Below are positions 46,357-56,352 of a stretch of 64,000 nucleotides of DNA, piece by piece. The notes under the pieces are model-generated. The model saw nothing but the letters and a program-made list of their open reading frames with translations, ran no database searches and was not told the DNA's origin. Location: NCBI GenBank assembly GCA_021827685.1, contig JAKAUM010000007.1, forward strand, positions 9,842 through 73,841, read 5' to 3'. The DNA is from a bacterium (GTDB lineage: Bacteria > Patescibacteriota > Minisyncoccia > UBA6257 > 2-01-FULL-56-20). The translations under genes and the position numbers were made by a program. The number at the start of each line of letters is the position of its first letter. Position 1 is the first letter of the stretch.

Positions 46357-46932
46357 ATGGCAAGCAATCACGATACGGAGTACATCGACGTTTTGGATGA
46401 AAAAGGGGCTCCCGCCGGAATAAAAAAGACGCGTGCGGAAATTCACCGCGACAGGCTCCGGCACAGGGTGGTGCACGTATGGCTTCTGAATCCGGACGGA
46501 GAACTGCTGATCCAGCGCCGGTCGCCCATAAAGTCCACCTATCCGGACATGTGGGACATCTCGGCGGCCGGCCATATTGATGCCGGTGAAACTCCGGAGG
46601 AGGCCGTCATGCGCGAGGTAAAGGAAGAGCTCGGCATAGTTCTCGGCGAAGGCGATGCGCAATACCTCTTCACGGTGGATGAAGGTAAAACATCCCTCCA
46701 TGGCGGCGGCATCAACCGGGAATTCCAAAATGTGTACCTGGCGAGAGTCCTTGGAAAGGAAAAAGTCGTCCTGCAGGAAGATGAGGTCGCGGAAATAAGA
46801 TGGGTGCCGTGGCGGGAACTCCGGGAAATTGTCGAGAGCCGGAACCCCGCGCGCGCCGCGCAATTCGTTTCCCATCCGGAGGAATATAGAAAATTGTTCG
46901 CCATTTTAGAGAAGGCGGAAACCCGCGCCTAA
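46357..46932 (+). CDS. Nudix hydrolase
   Basis: GHIDAGETPEEAVMREVKEELGI Nudix box. Confidence 0.85.
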   Translation: MASNHDTEYIDVLDEKGAPAGIKKTRAEIHRDRLRHRVVHVWLLNPDGELLIQRRSPIKSTYPDMWDISAAGHIDAGETPEEAVMREVKEELGIVLGEGDAQYLFTVDEGKTSLHGGGINREFQNVYLARVLGKEKVVLQEDEVAEIRWVPWRELREIVESRNPARAAQFVSHPEEYRKLFAILEKAETRA

Positions 46933-46978
46933 AACAAATCCCCCGTTCCAAAAGTCAGGCGATCTGCGCATCGCGGCG

Positions 46979-47689
46979 CTATCCCTCCGCCGAGAGCGCC
47001 GCGCCGATGGCGGGGCCGTTCTCGCGAAAGCGGGAGCGGCGCACCGGAACGGCGATGCCCTGCCGTCGCATTGCCCGGCGGATGAGCGTGAACATGCGCG
47101 GCTTCCGTAAAAGCCCTCCTCCGATGACGATCGCATCGGGCGATAGTCCGGCAATGAGCGGCAAAAGCGCTTTCGCAAGGAATCCGGCAAGCGCGGGCGG
47201 CGGAGACGAGAGGCGCTTCTGGTAGGCGCCTTCCCACCGTTCCGCGCGGCTGAGACGAGCCGATGCCGCGACCTTGCCGTTGCGCACGAAGGCGCGGCCG
47301 ACGCCCGTGCCGAAAATGAGCGCGAGGAGCCGCCGGGCGCCCTTGCCCGCGCCGCGTTTCGCCTCGACGAGCGCGAAGCACCTGGCATCATTCTCGACGC
47401 GCACGATGGCGACGTTGCGCGGCGCAAACGCGCGGAAATCCATCCCCCGGAGGAGGGGCAGGTTATGCGCAAAGGCGCCGCGCGCGCGCCGGACCTCTCC
47501 GGGAAAACCGACGCCGACCCGGCGGACGCCCATGCGCTCGAGCCCCGAAAAGGCCGCGCTCAGCGCGGCGGCGAAGCGCGCCTTGCGGCGCGGCGTTTTA
47601 AATTCATGCGATGCGACGATCCGCAAGCGTTCCAATACTATCCAGCGCACTTTCGTGCCGCCGATGTCCACACCTCCGATCCGTTCCAT
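46979..47689 (-). CDS. ROK-family sugar kinase (short)
   Basis: DIGGTK N-terminus; ENDA motif. Confidence 0.7.
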   Translation of the reverse strand: MERIGGVDIGGTKVRWIVLERLRIVASHEFKTPRRKARFAAALSAAFSGLERMGVRRVGVGFPGEVRRARGAFAHNLPLLRGMDFRAFAPRNVAIVRVENDARCFALVEAKRGAGKGARRLLALIFGTGVGRAFVRNGKVAASARLSRAERWEGAYQKRLSSPPPALAGFLAKALLPLIAGLSPDAIVIGGGLLRKPRMFTLIRRAMRRQGIAVPVRRSRFRENGPAIGAALSAEG

Positions 47690-47716
47690 GCTTTAACTAT
47701 CTGCCATAATGGGATC

Positions 47717-48988
47717 ATGGGCAACATCCGCGAGGTGCGCATCTCGCGCAAAACGCGCATCGGCGACTATGACCAGTTCGCAAAAGGAACCGAAGCCGGC
47801 CTGCGCAAAATAGCGAAGCCGCTCAGAGGGCGGCGCATTTTGCACGTAAACGCCACGGCGGATGGCGGCGGCGTGGCGGAACTTCTGCAGGGCCAGGTGT
47901 CTTTCGAAAATGCGCTCGGCCTTGCAAGCCGCTGGTTCGTGATCAACGCGCCATCCCGGTTTTTTGCGGCCACGAAACAGATGCACAACCTGCTGCAGGG
48001 CAAGAGCGGCAGATTGGACGAGGGAAGCAAGCGTTTTTATCTTGAAATGAACCGCGCGTTCGGCAGGTCGCTTATGCGCATCGTCTCGTCATTCAGGCCT
48101 CACGCCGTGGTCATCCACGACCCCCAGCCGCTGGCCGCCATCGGCGCGCTCGCCGGAAAGGTGCCCGTCATCTCGCGGCTTCACGGAGACCTCCTCACGC
48201 CGAATACGGAAACGCTGGAGTTCATCAGGCCATTCCTCATGAAAGCGAAACGGGTCGTGATGAGTAATCGCGACTATTTGAAAAACTTCCCGTGGCTTTC
48301 GCCGCGGCAGGCGGATATTATCTATCCGGCAATCGATCCGTTTTCCGCGAAAAACAAGCCGATGGAAAAGGATGCGGCGGCGCGGATATTGGAAGGATTC
48401 GGGGTCAACCCGACCAAGCCGCTCATCGCGCAGATCTCGCGGTTCGATCCATGGAAGGATCCGATGGGGGTGGTGCAAGCCTATTATCGCGCAAAGAACG
48501 TCTTTCCGACGCTCCAGCTTGCCTTAGTCGGCCTCACGCTCGCGAAAGACGATCCGGGGGCGGCTGACATATTTCGGCAGATTAAAAAGCATGAGAAGGG
48601 CGATCCGGACATCTTCCTTTTCGCCGACCCCCGCATCACGAAACGCGTTCCGAACGACGCCCTGGTAAGCGCGGCGTACGTCGCAAGCGAGGTCATAGTC
48701 CAGAAAAGCATCCGCGAGGGATTCGGCCTCACTATGACCGAAGCGATGTGGAAGGGAAAAGCGCTTGTTGCGGGAAGAACGAGCGGCGCGCGGGCGCAGA
48801 TCAGCGACGGAAGGAACGGGATTCTCGTCTCATCGCCGGAGGAAGCCGGCCGCGCCATCGTGCGCCTCCTCCGCCATCCGGCATTCCGCGCCAAACTCGG
48901 CCGGGCGGCGCGCGAATCGGTACGGCGGCACTTCCTCATGCCGAGGTTCGTCGCCGACAACCTAAAATTGTACAAAGAAGTGGCATAG
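47717..48988 (+). CDS. GT4-family glycosyltransferase; start at internal MGNIREV
   Basis: EGFGLTMTEAM...G motif near the C-terminus; divergent from the ROK kinase. Confidence 0.8.
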   Translation: MGNIREVRISRKTRIGDYDQFAKGTEAGLRKIAKPLRGRRILHVNATADGGGVAELLQGQVSFENALGLASRWFVINAPSRFFAATKQMHNLLQGKSGRLDEGSKRFYLEMNRAFGRSLMRIVSSFRPHAVVIHDPQPLAAIGALAGKVPVISRLHGDLLTPNTETLEFIRPFLMKAKRVVMSNRDYLKNFPWLSPRQADIIYPAIDPFSAKNKPMEKDAAARILEGFGVNPTKPLIAQISRFDPWKDPMGVVQAYYRAKNVFPTLQLALVGLTLAKDDPGAADIFRQIKKHEKGDPDIFLFADPRITKRVPNDALVSAAYVASEVIVQKSIREGFGLTMTEAMWKGKALVAGRTSGARAQISDGRNGILVSSPEEAGRAIVRLLRHPAFRAKLGRAARESVRRHFLMPRFVADNLKLYKEVA

Positions 48989-49045
48989 GAGCCTCACGGC
49001 CTGCCGCTCCCTCTTGCATTCCGTTCTATTTACCCGATCACCCCC

Positions 49046-49654
49046 TTAATTCGCGTACACCCAAATGCGGGCCGACATGCCATCCGTAAGTTTGGGATAG
49101 CGCGCCGGGTTGAAACGAACGTAGACGTCGAACCGGTTCGTCGGCCGCTGGTCGAAGACATTGGAGGTCACGCTTGCCTCCGCCACCCGCCCGATCTGGC
49201 TCACGACGCCCTCATATACCTTCGATCCGAACGCATCCACCGTGAACTTCGCCACGTCGCCCACCTTGATCGAGGAAAGCCCCTTGTCCTCGTCAATCTG
49301 GCCCACGACGCGGAGCTGGGTCGGGTCGATCATTGTCGCGACGACGTCCTGCCCGGTCGCGGCATTCTCGAACTCGCCGATATTCCTGTCGACGCTCACG
49401 ATCTCGCCCGCCGTCTGCGATTCCACGATCTCGTTCCCCACGAGCGCGACGGGCTGGTTCGCCGCCACCGTATCGCCGACGTTTACATAGATGGCACGGA
49501 GCTGGCCGGATACCGAGGGCGAGAGGTTGATTATGGGCGCCCGGATCTCCGAAAGATCGATGTAGACGGTCTGCGCCGAAACATACCAGTAGGCGCCTAT
49601 GCCGATCGCGGCGGCGGCGGCGATGGCTAACGTGACGGAACGGCGGGTAGTCAT
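49046..49654 (-). CDS. HlyD-like periplasmic adaptor, short form without coiled coil
   Basis: TM anchor plus biotinyl/lipoyl-like and beta-barrel segments. Confidence 0.55.
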   Translation of the reverse strand: MTTRRSVTLAIAAAAAIGIGAYWYVSAQTVYIDLSEIRAPIINLSPSVSGQLRAIYVNVGDTVAANQPVALVGNEIVESQTAGEIVSVDRNIGEFENAATGQDVVATMIDPTQLRVVGQIDEDKGLSSIKVGDVAKFTVDAFGSKVYEGVVSQIGRVAEASVTSNVFDQRPTNRFDVYVRFNPARYPKLTDGMSARIWVYAN

Positions 49655-49672
49655 GGTTTTATGAGAAATTCG

Positions 49673-51217
49673 TTAAAAGTTTACAAGCTCGTCGCCGGCC
49701 TTGATGCCCGAAATGATCTCCGTCATGCCGCCCATGCCTACGAGGCCGACCGTAACCGGCTGTCGCACGATGCCGGCGGCGGTCCGAAGGAGCACTAAAT
49801 TCTCGTTGCCGTTGTTCAAAACGAGCCGGCTCGGCACCGCGATAACATTGCTGTCTTCGGCAAGCTTAATGCGGACGTCGCCCGTCATGCCGACCCTTAC
49901 CTGCGGCTCAAGTTCCGTAAAATGGAGCGTGACGAGGTATGACGGAACGCCGGCTACGAGCGTTTCCGCGCTATCCACCGCCGTCACGGTCGAGGGGAAT
50001 GTCGAGCTCACGCCGAATGCATCGAGCGTCACCGACGCCGTGTCGCCTACTTTTACTTTCGCGACGTCGAGTTCCGATACGTACGTCTCTAATTTTAGTC
50101 CGTTCGAATTCACGAGGGTCATTACGGGCGCTCCGCCCGCAACCACCTCGCCCACCTGCGCCGTGACGTTCTGCACGGTGCCGGGGAACGGCGCGACGAG
50201 CGACGCTTCGCTAAGCGCCACCTGCGCCGCCGACGCCGACGCCTCCGCTTGCGCGACGGCGGCCTCCTGCTCGGCGATCGCCTGCGGCGTGGAACTCGCC
50301 GTCGTAAGATTCAGCCCTGCCTGCGCCTCTGCGACCGCCACTTTTTCCGACGCGATCGCCTGCGCGGCGCTCGTTACCTCCGTGGTCGCCTCATTCACCT
50401 CGGTAAGGCCCGTCGTCGCCGAAGTCTTATAGGCCGCCGCCGTCGATGCGACAAGCCCCGTTTCGTCCGTAAGCGCCGTGAGCGACAGGTTCATAAGATC
50501 TTGCACCGTTGCGAGATGCGTCGCGGCATCGGCAAGTGCGGCGCTGAGCGCGGCGGGGCTCGAACTGCCGCTTATGCCCGCAAGCTCGGCCTGCCACGCA
50601 TTCAACTCCGCGCTCGCGGAAACTCGCGTGTTCTCGATATTGTTAAGCACCTGCGAACCGGTAATCGTAAAGGTCAGCTGGGGGTTCGTGGTTTCCGGCG
50701 ACGAGAAGAATGACGCAAGCTGGGTCCTCACGGCGTCATTCGCCTTGGCATAGGCATCATCCAATGTGTTCGGCACTGCGGCATAGCTCACTGCGAGCGA
50801 CTGCTCCGCCGCCGCGAGCGAGGCCTGCGACACTGCGATCGTCTGGGTGGTTGCGCCGGCCTCGAGCGCGTCGAGTTTCGCCTGCGCCTCGGCGAGCGCC
50901 GCATTCGCCTGCCGGACGCCGGCCTCAAGCGTCGCGGCGTCAAGCGTCGCGAGCGGCGTTCCGGCATCTACCGCCTGCCCGTCATTCACGTATACGCTCG
51001 TGATCCGCCCGGATTCCTGGAATGAAATAGTCGCGTTGTTCTCGGCGGCCACGGTCGCCGGTTCATCGATGGCGAGGGTGACGTTCGCGCGTCCGACGGC
51101 GTACGCGCCGAGCGCGGGCTCTCCGTTTGAGGCGATATACCATGCCGAAATGACCGCGACCATGCCGACCGCAATCCATGCAATAGCTTTCGCGCGCGCT
51201 GTAAGAAATTTTTTCAT
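49673..51217 (-). CDS. HlyD/MFP-family secretion adaptor with long coiled coil
   Basis: TM anchor, Ala-rich coiled coil, C-terminal barrel. Confidence 0.7.
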   Translation of the reverse strand: MKKFLTARAKAIAWIAVGMVAVISAWYIASNGEPALGAYAVGRANVTLAIDEPATVAAENNATISFQESGRITSVYVNDGQAVDAGTPLATLDAATLEAGVRQANAALAEAQAKLDALEAGATTQTIAVSQASLAAAEQSLAVSYAAVPNTLDDAYAKANDAVRTQLASFFSSPETTNPQLTFTITGSQVLNNIENTRVSASAELNAWQAELAGISGSSSPAALSAALADAATHLATVQDLMNLSLTALTDETGLVASTAAAYKTSATTGLTEVNEATTEVTSAAQAIASEKVAVAEAQAGLNLTTASSTPQAIAEQEAAVAQAEASASAAQVALSEASLVAPFPGTVQNVTAQVGEVVAGGAPVMTLVNSNGLKLETYVSELDVAKVKVGDTASVTLDAFGVSSTFPSTVTAVDSAETLVAGVPSYLVTLHFTELEPQVRVGMTGDVRIKLAEDSNVIAVPSRLVLNNGNENLVLLRTAAGIVRQPVTVGLVGMGGMTEIISGIKAGDELVNF

Positions 51218-51252
51218 TAAATTATCTTGATCCTTCCGTTATCCATAATATA

Positions 51253-52002
51253 TCATGCCTGGACCTTTTCGAAAAAATAACCGCCCAGCCATATGCAGAT
51301 GAACGCGAGGACGACGAGGAAGATCGTGTCGCCCGGCACCGTAAGGTCGTGATGGCCGATGTCGGCGAAAAGGACGCGCAGGGCGTCCACCCCGTAGGTC
51401 AAAGGATCGACGCGCGCGATAAGTTCGAGCCAGCTCGGCATGTTCTCAAGGGGGAAGAACGCTCCCGAGATGAAGAGGAGGGGGAGGACGAGGAAATTGA
51501 CGACGAGCTGGAACGCCTGCATGTCCTCGATGAGCGAGCCGAGGATAGTGCCGAAGGCGGCGAAGACAAGGGCGATGAGGAACACGATAAAGAATGCCGG
51601 AAGCACCGCGCCCCACGAAACCGGCCGAAAGCCGAAGAGGTATGCGACGATGAACGTGATGGCTCCTTGTACGGTGGAAGCGGTTGCGGCGCCGATCGTC
51701 CGCCCGAACATGACGTCGGTGCGCGACATCGGCGCAACGAGCGTTTCCTTGAGAAATCCGAACTGGCGGTCCCAGATGACCTCGAGGCCCGAGAAGGTAG
51801 CCGTGAAAATGATGCTCATGCCGATAAGGCCGGGCGCAAGGTAATCGATGTAATTTATGCCGCCCGCCGCAAAGGAGCTCCCGAGGCCGTAGCCGAACAT
51901 GACAAGAAAAACGGTGGGCTGTACAACGAACGCAACCATCCGTATCGGCGAGCGGATATATTTTTTAACCTGCCTCAGCCAAAGGTAATATATTTTTTTC
52001 AT
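51253..52002 (-). CDS. ABC-2 type transporter permease
   Basis: 6 TM helices; ABC-2 family pattern. Confidence 0.8.
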   Translation of the reverse strand: MKKIYYLWLRQVKKYIRSPIRMVAFVVQPTVFLVMFGYGLGSSFAAGGINYIDYLAPGLIGMSIIFTATFSGLEVIWDRQFGFLKETLVAPMSRTDVMFGRTIGAATASTVQGAITFIVAYLFGFRPVSWGAVLPAFFIVFLIALVFAAFGTILGSLIEDMQAFQLVVNFLVLPLLFISGAFFPLENMPSWLELIARVDPLTYGVDALRVLFADIGHHDLTVPGDTIFLVVLAFICIWLGGYFFEKVQA

Positions 52003-52003
52003 A

Positions 52004-52792
52004 TTAGCGGCGTCCGAACATGCGGCCCATCCCCCTCATTTGGGCAGACTGGGCCGCTTCCTCTTCGCGGATCGACTTCCCGGTGAGCGCGAGGAATGCG
52101 TCTTCCAGGCGTTCCTCGTGCGCCTGTTTTTTAAGCTCGGCGGGCGACCCGATTGCGATGATCCTGCCGTGATCCATGATGGCAACGCGCTGCGCCATGA
52201 GGTCGGCTTCCTCGATGTAATGCGTCGTGAGGAAGACGGTCATCCCCTCCGATTTATTGAGCTGTCTTATGCGGTCCCAAAGGAGGTTTCTCGTCTGGGG
52301 GTCGAGGCCCGAGGTCGGCTCGTCGAGAAAAAGGATCTTCGGGTCGTGCAGGAGCCCGCGCGCGATCTCAAGGCGGCGCTTCATGCCGCCCGAGAACTCC
52401 TTTACCTGGCTGTCCTTCCTGTCCCAGAGGTCCACTACCTTGAGCAGTTCTTCGCCGCGCACGCGGCGCTCGTCGTCAGGCACGTCGTAAAGCACGCCGT
52501 GCAAATCCATGTTCTCCCAAGCCGTGAGATCGTCGTCGACGGACGAATCCTGGAAAACGATGCCGAACGTCCGCCGCGCGCGCTCGGGCTCCGCGACCGG
52601 ATCGATGCCGTTCAATCGGATCTTCCCCGACGTCGGGCGGAGGAGCGTTGTGAGCATTTTCACGGTCGTCGTCTTCCCCGCCCCGTTCGGTCCGAGAAAC
52701 GCAAAAATTTCACCTTGGCCGATATTAAACGTTACGCCGTTCACCGCCGTGAGGTCGCCGAACTTTTTGGTTAAATTTTCCACGTCGATCAT
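52004..52792 (-). CDS. ABC transporter ATP-binding protein
   Basis: GPNGAGKTT Walker A, LSGGMKRR signature, LFLDEPTSGLD Walker B. Confidence 0.9.
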   Translation of the reverse strand: MIDVENLTKKFGDLTAVNGVTFNIGQGEIFAFLGPNGAGKTTTVKMLTTLLRPTSGKIRLNGIDPVAEPERARRTFGIVFQDSSVDDDLTAWENMDLHGVLYDVPDDERRVRGEELLKVVDLWDRKDSQVKEFSGGMKRRLEIARGLLHDPKILFLDEPTSGLDPQTRNLLWDRIRQLNKSEGMTVFLTTHYIEEADLMAQRVAIMDHGRIIAIGSPAELKKQAHEERLEDAFLALTGKSIREEEAAQSAQMRGMGRMFGRR

Positions 52793-52892
52793 GGCGATGA
52801 TGGTTCAGTGTTTAAACAATATCGCGCGCCCATAGGAAGGGTCAAGGGCTTTGATTCCTTCCGGGCCTGCCCGCACGGCGGAAATATCGGCG

Positions 52893-54773
52893 TCAGCGGA
52901 GCGCGGAATCCGGTTCGCGGCGGACGGAAAACAGCCGGGCGGTATTCGCAAGCACGAGCACCGAGCTCGCTTCGTGGAATAAGGCGGTTTGGAGTAGTGT
53001 GATCATGCCGAGCGCGGCAAAAAGCCCCGCGGCCGCATGGATCGCCGTCGCCCCGACAAGGTCTTCCTTGATGACGGCGATGACCCGCTTCGAATGTCCG
53101 ATAATCCTCGGTATTTTCATAAGATTCTCCTCCACGAGCACGACGCTCGCCGCGTTCGTCGCGAGGTCGGTCCCCCGCACCCCCATCGCGATCCCCGCGG
53201 TCGCCGCGGAGAGCGCGGGCGCGTCATTGATGCCGTCGCCGACCATGATCGACCGCTCGCCTTTTTTCTCAAATTCCCGGATGCACGCGATCTTGTCCTC
53301 GGGAGAAAGGTTCGCCGCGATCGACGGCTCGGGGAGGCCGAGAAGGCCCGCGATGTGCCGTGCGACGGCGATATCGTCCCCTGTCAAAATGCGGAGGTCG
53401 TATCCCTCCTCCTTCAAGGCCCGGATCGCCTGCGCCGCTTCGGGCCGGAGAAAGTCGGCAACGAAGATCGCGCCGATAAGCGCTCCGTTCTGGGCGACAA
53501 AGACCGGCGTCTCTCCGCGGCCTTCGCGCTCCGCCGCGGCCGCGCGAAACTCGGGCGGGAGCGCCACGCCCTGTTCTTTGAGAAACTTTTCACTCCCCAT
53601 GGTAAAGCGGTCGCTTCCCCGCTCAGCCGTGAGCCCTCCTCCCTTCACGACGTGCACGCCCGCGAATTCTTCCGTGGCAATATTCCTCTTTGCCGCCTCC
53701 CGGACGATCGCCTTTGCGATCTCATGCTCCGATTTTTTCTCCATGCCGCCCGCGCGGGAGAGAAGCGCGTCTTCGCCGCCGCGGCCGCCCTTCCCGTCCG
53801 CAAGCATGATTTCGCGAACCGACGGCGTTCCCGCAGTGAGGGTTCCCGTCTTGTCGAAAACGGCGTGCCTGATCTTCGTGAGGTCCTCGATCGTTTCGGC
53901 GCCTTTTATGAGAATGCCCATTCTCGCGGCGGTGCTTACGCCGATGCTCACCGATACCGGCCCTATGATCGCGAACACGATCGGCACCATCGCGATCCAA
54001 AGGCCGAGCGCCCGGAAAAGATCGCCGGTAAAGAGATAAAGCGCAATGACGAGAACCGCAACCACGAGCGAAGTGTATTTCGCGTACTCGTCGATAAAAC
54101 GCGCAATCGGCGTCTTTTCGCGTCCCGCCTCTTCGGCAATCTTCCGGATTTGAGCGACCGTCGAGTTCTCGCCGACCCGCGCCGCGCGCATCTCGAAATA
54201 GTCTCCGGCGTTGATGGATCCCGCGGGGACTTCGCCGCCTTGCGCGACGGCGATCGGACGCGATTCGCCGGAAATCACCGATTCGTCGAGGAGGGCGGTT
54301 TCCGCAAGGAGGGTTCCGTCCGCCGGCGCGCGGCCGCCGGGCTCCACGACCACGGTGTCGCCGACCGCGATCTCGGCGATCTCGATCTCCTTCACCTCGC
54401 CCGAGGGCGACTTCACAAAACCCGTGTGCGGAAGGAAGACGGTAATCCTTTCAAGCGACTGGCGTACTTTATATAAGATGATCGCCTTGAATAAATCGCC
54501 GGCGATCATGATGAGGACGAAGACGGCGGCAACCGTAATCGCGTTCACGTACACGAGAACGTAAATCGTAAACGCCATCGACACGCCCACGTCGAACTGC
54601 GCATGCGCGGCGCGCTTCGCGGCATTCGAAAGCGTGGGCCACATGGCGCCGGTAAGAAGCAAAAATCCGATCCATTGGAGCGGGAGCGGGTGTCCGCGGC
54701 TGAAGAATACGCAGCCCAAAAGAACGGCGGGGAAAGCCGCTCTTGCGATGAAAACCATAAGGATGCGCTTCAT
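52893..54773 (-). CDS. P-type cation-transporting ATPase (P1B-like architecture, no CPx motif seen)
   Basis: DKTGTLT phosphorylation site, GDGINDAPAL hinge; 626 aa, no N-terminal metal-binding domain. Confidence 0.85.
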   Translation of the reverse strand: MKRILMVFIARAAFPAVLLGCVFFSRGHPLPLQWIGFLLLTGAMWPTLSNAAKRAAHAQFDVGVSMAFTIYVLVYVNAITVAAVFVLIMIAGDLFKAIILYKVRQSLERITVFLPHTGFVKSPSGEVKEIEIAEIAVGDTVVVEPGGRAPADGTLLAETALLDESVISGESRPIAVAQGGEVPAGSINAGDYFEMRAARVGENSTVAQIRKIAEEAGREKTPIARFIDEYAKYTSLVVAVLVIALYLFTGDLFRALGLWIAMVPIVFAIIGPVSVSIGVSTAARMGILIKGAETIEDLTKIRHAVFDKTGTLTAGTPSVREIMLADGKGGRGGEDALLSRAGGMEKKSEHEIAKAIVREAAKRNIATEEFAGVHVVKGGGLTAERGSDRFTMGSEKFLKEQGVALPPEFRAAAAEREGRGETPVFVAQNGALIGAIFVADFLRPEAAQAIRALKEEGYDLRILTGDDIAVARHIAGLLGLPEPSIAANLSPEDKIACIREFEKKGERSIMVGDGINDAPALSAATAGIAMGVRGTDLATNAASVVLVEENLMKIPRIIGHSKRVIAVIKEDLVGATAIHAAAGLFAALGMITLLQTALFHEASSVLVLANTARLFSVRREPDSALR

Positions 54774-54896
54774 GACGTTAGAATGACCGTTCTTGCACTT
54801 ATTCTACCCCACCGGCGGCATTTTCCTTATGCACATCGGACAAGACAGCCGCCGGAGAAAATCCGGAGCCTGCCGCCCGCGGGGTCATTGACAAAG

Positions 54897-56351
54897 CTAA
54901 AGCGCTTCGAGGTCGAGAACGTGATCGATCTTTATCTGTTTTACGAATTCCGGCACGTGACTCACGAGGATCATGGCTCCTTCGTAGCGGTCGAGTGCTT
55001 TTGCAATCACGGGAATATGGCGGAAATTGATGTGATTCGTCGGCTCGTCGAGGATGAGGATCCCGGGGTGGAGAAGGGTGAGCCGCGCAAATGCCACGAG
55101 TCCTTTCTGGCCTTCGGAGAGTAAGCCGATCTTTGTTCTTAATATTTCCGCATTGAGAAGAAATCCGGCGGCGGCGGAGCGGAGCTCTTGTTCCGTACCA
55201 TTGTCTTTAATCGCAGCGGCGAGCGTGCTATACACCGTCGCCGTAAAATCGAGCGTCGAAAAATCTTGGCGGTAGTAGCCGATGCGCACGCCCGGCGCGA
55301 TACACTCCCCCTTTGCATGGCCGCTCGCCAGCTTTTCGAGAAGCGTGGTCTTGCCTATTCCATTCGGGCCGGCGAGAAGAAGCCGTTCTTTTTTCTTGAG
55401 CGTTACGTCAACTTTTTTCACCGCGGGCCTATGATTTTTTATTATCGAAACCGAGGCGAGATCGAGGATCTTCCCGCTTAAATTTTCTTGGCAGGGAATC
55501 ACAAAACTCCGGATGGTCTTGTCTTCGTGCCGCATTTCCACGATATCCTCCTCAAGCTTCTCGATTTTTTCTCTCATCTTCCGCGCAACGTCCCGCATGT
55601 GGCCGCCCTTTTGGGCGAAGAAACCAGCTTGATCCTTCCGATGCGCGATGTCCTTTTCCAGCCGGACGTTCTTCATCCGCTCGCGTTCGAGGCGTATCGA
55701 GATTTCTTTCGTCACGTCCGAATAGTCGCCGGCGTATTGCTCCACCTTATGCGTAAACACGTCGAGGTACAGGACGCCGTGGGTAAAGGAGTTCAAAAAA
55801 TCCGCGTCGTGCGAAATAACGATGCAGGTCTTCGGGTACGCGGCGAGGAATTCCGTAAGGTGGGCGATGCCTTGCTTATCGAGATTGTTCGTCGGCTCGT
55901 CGAGCAATAAAATATCCGGATCTTGGATGAGCGCTTGAGCCAAAAGAATGCGCGCCTGCTGGCCGCCGGAAAGGGACTTCAAGGTTCTTTCGATGGGAAT
56001 TTTGAGATGAACCACTTCCAGGATCTTTTCAATTTTAGGTTCGATGTCATACTGCTTTTTCCTGAAGGCGCTTTCAAAAAATTCTTTCACCGTAAGCCCC
56101 ATAAGGTCTGCGGGGATGACCTGGCGCGCAGTCGCAATCGTCGCATCTTCCGTCACGGTGATACTGCCCGACTCCGGCACGAGCGTTCCCGTAATCATCT
56201 GGAAGATGGTGGTTTTCCCGGCGCCGTTCTGGCCCATGAGGGCGATTTTGGATCCTTCGCGCACGGAAAAGTCCGCTTCCCGGAGAATCGGCCTGCGGTC
56301 GTACTCGAAAGAAACTTTATCGAATCTCAAAATGACGTCGTTGCCGGGCAT
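54897..56351 (-). CDS. ABC-F family ATPase (two tandem ABC domains, no TMD)
   Basis: Two Walker A/B + signature sets with an interdomain linker. Confidence 0.85.
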   Translation of the reverse strand: MPGNDVILRFDKVSFEYDRRPILREADFSVREGSKIALMGQNGAGKTTIFQMITGTLVPESGSITVTEDATIATARQVIPADLMGLTVKEFFESAFRKKQYDIEPKIEKILEVVHLKIPIERTLKSLSGGQQARILLAQALIQDPDILLLDEPTNNLDKQGIAHLTEFLAAYPKTCIVISHDADFLNSFTHGVLYLDVFTHKVEQYAGDYSDVTKEISIRLERERMKNVRLEKDIAHRKDQAGFFAQKGGHMRDVARKMREKIEKLEEDIVEMRHEDKTIRSFVIPCQENLSGKILDLASVSIIKNHRPAVKKVDVTLKKKERLLLAGPNGIGKTTLLEKLASGHAKGECIAPGVRIGYYRQDFSTLDFTATVYSTLAAAIKDNGTEQELRSAAAGFLLNAEILRTKIGLLSEGQKGLVAFARLTLLHPGILILDEPTNHINFRHIPVIAKALDRYEGAMILVSHVPEFVKQIKIDHVLDLEAL

Positions 56352-56352
56352 A

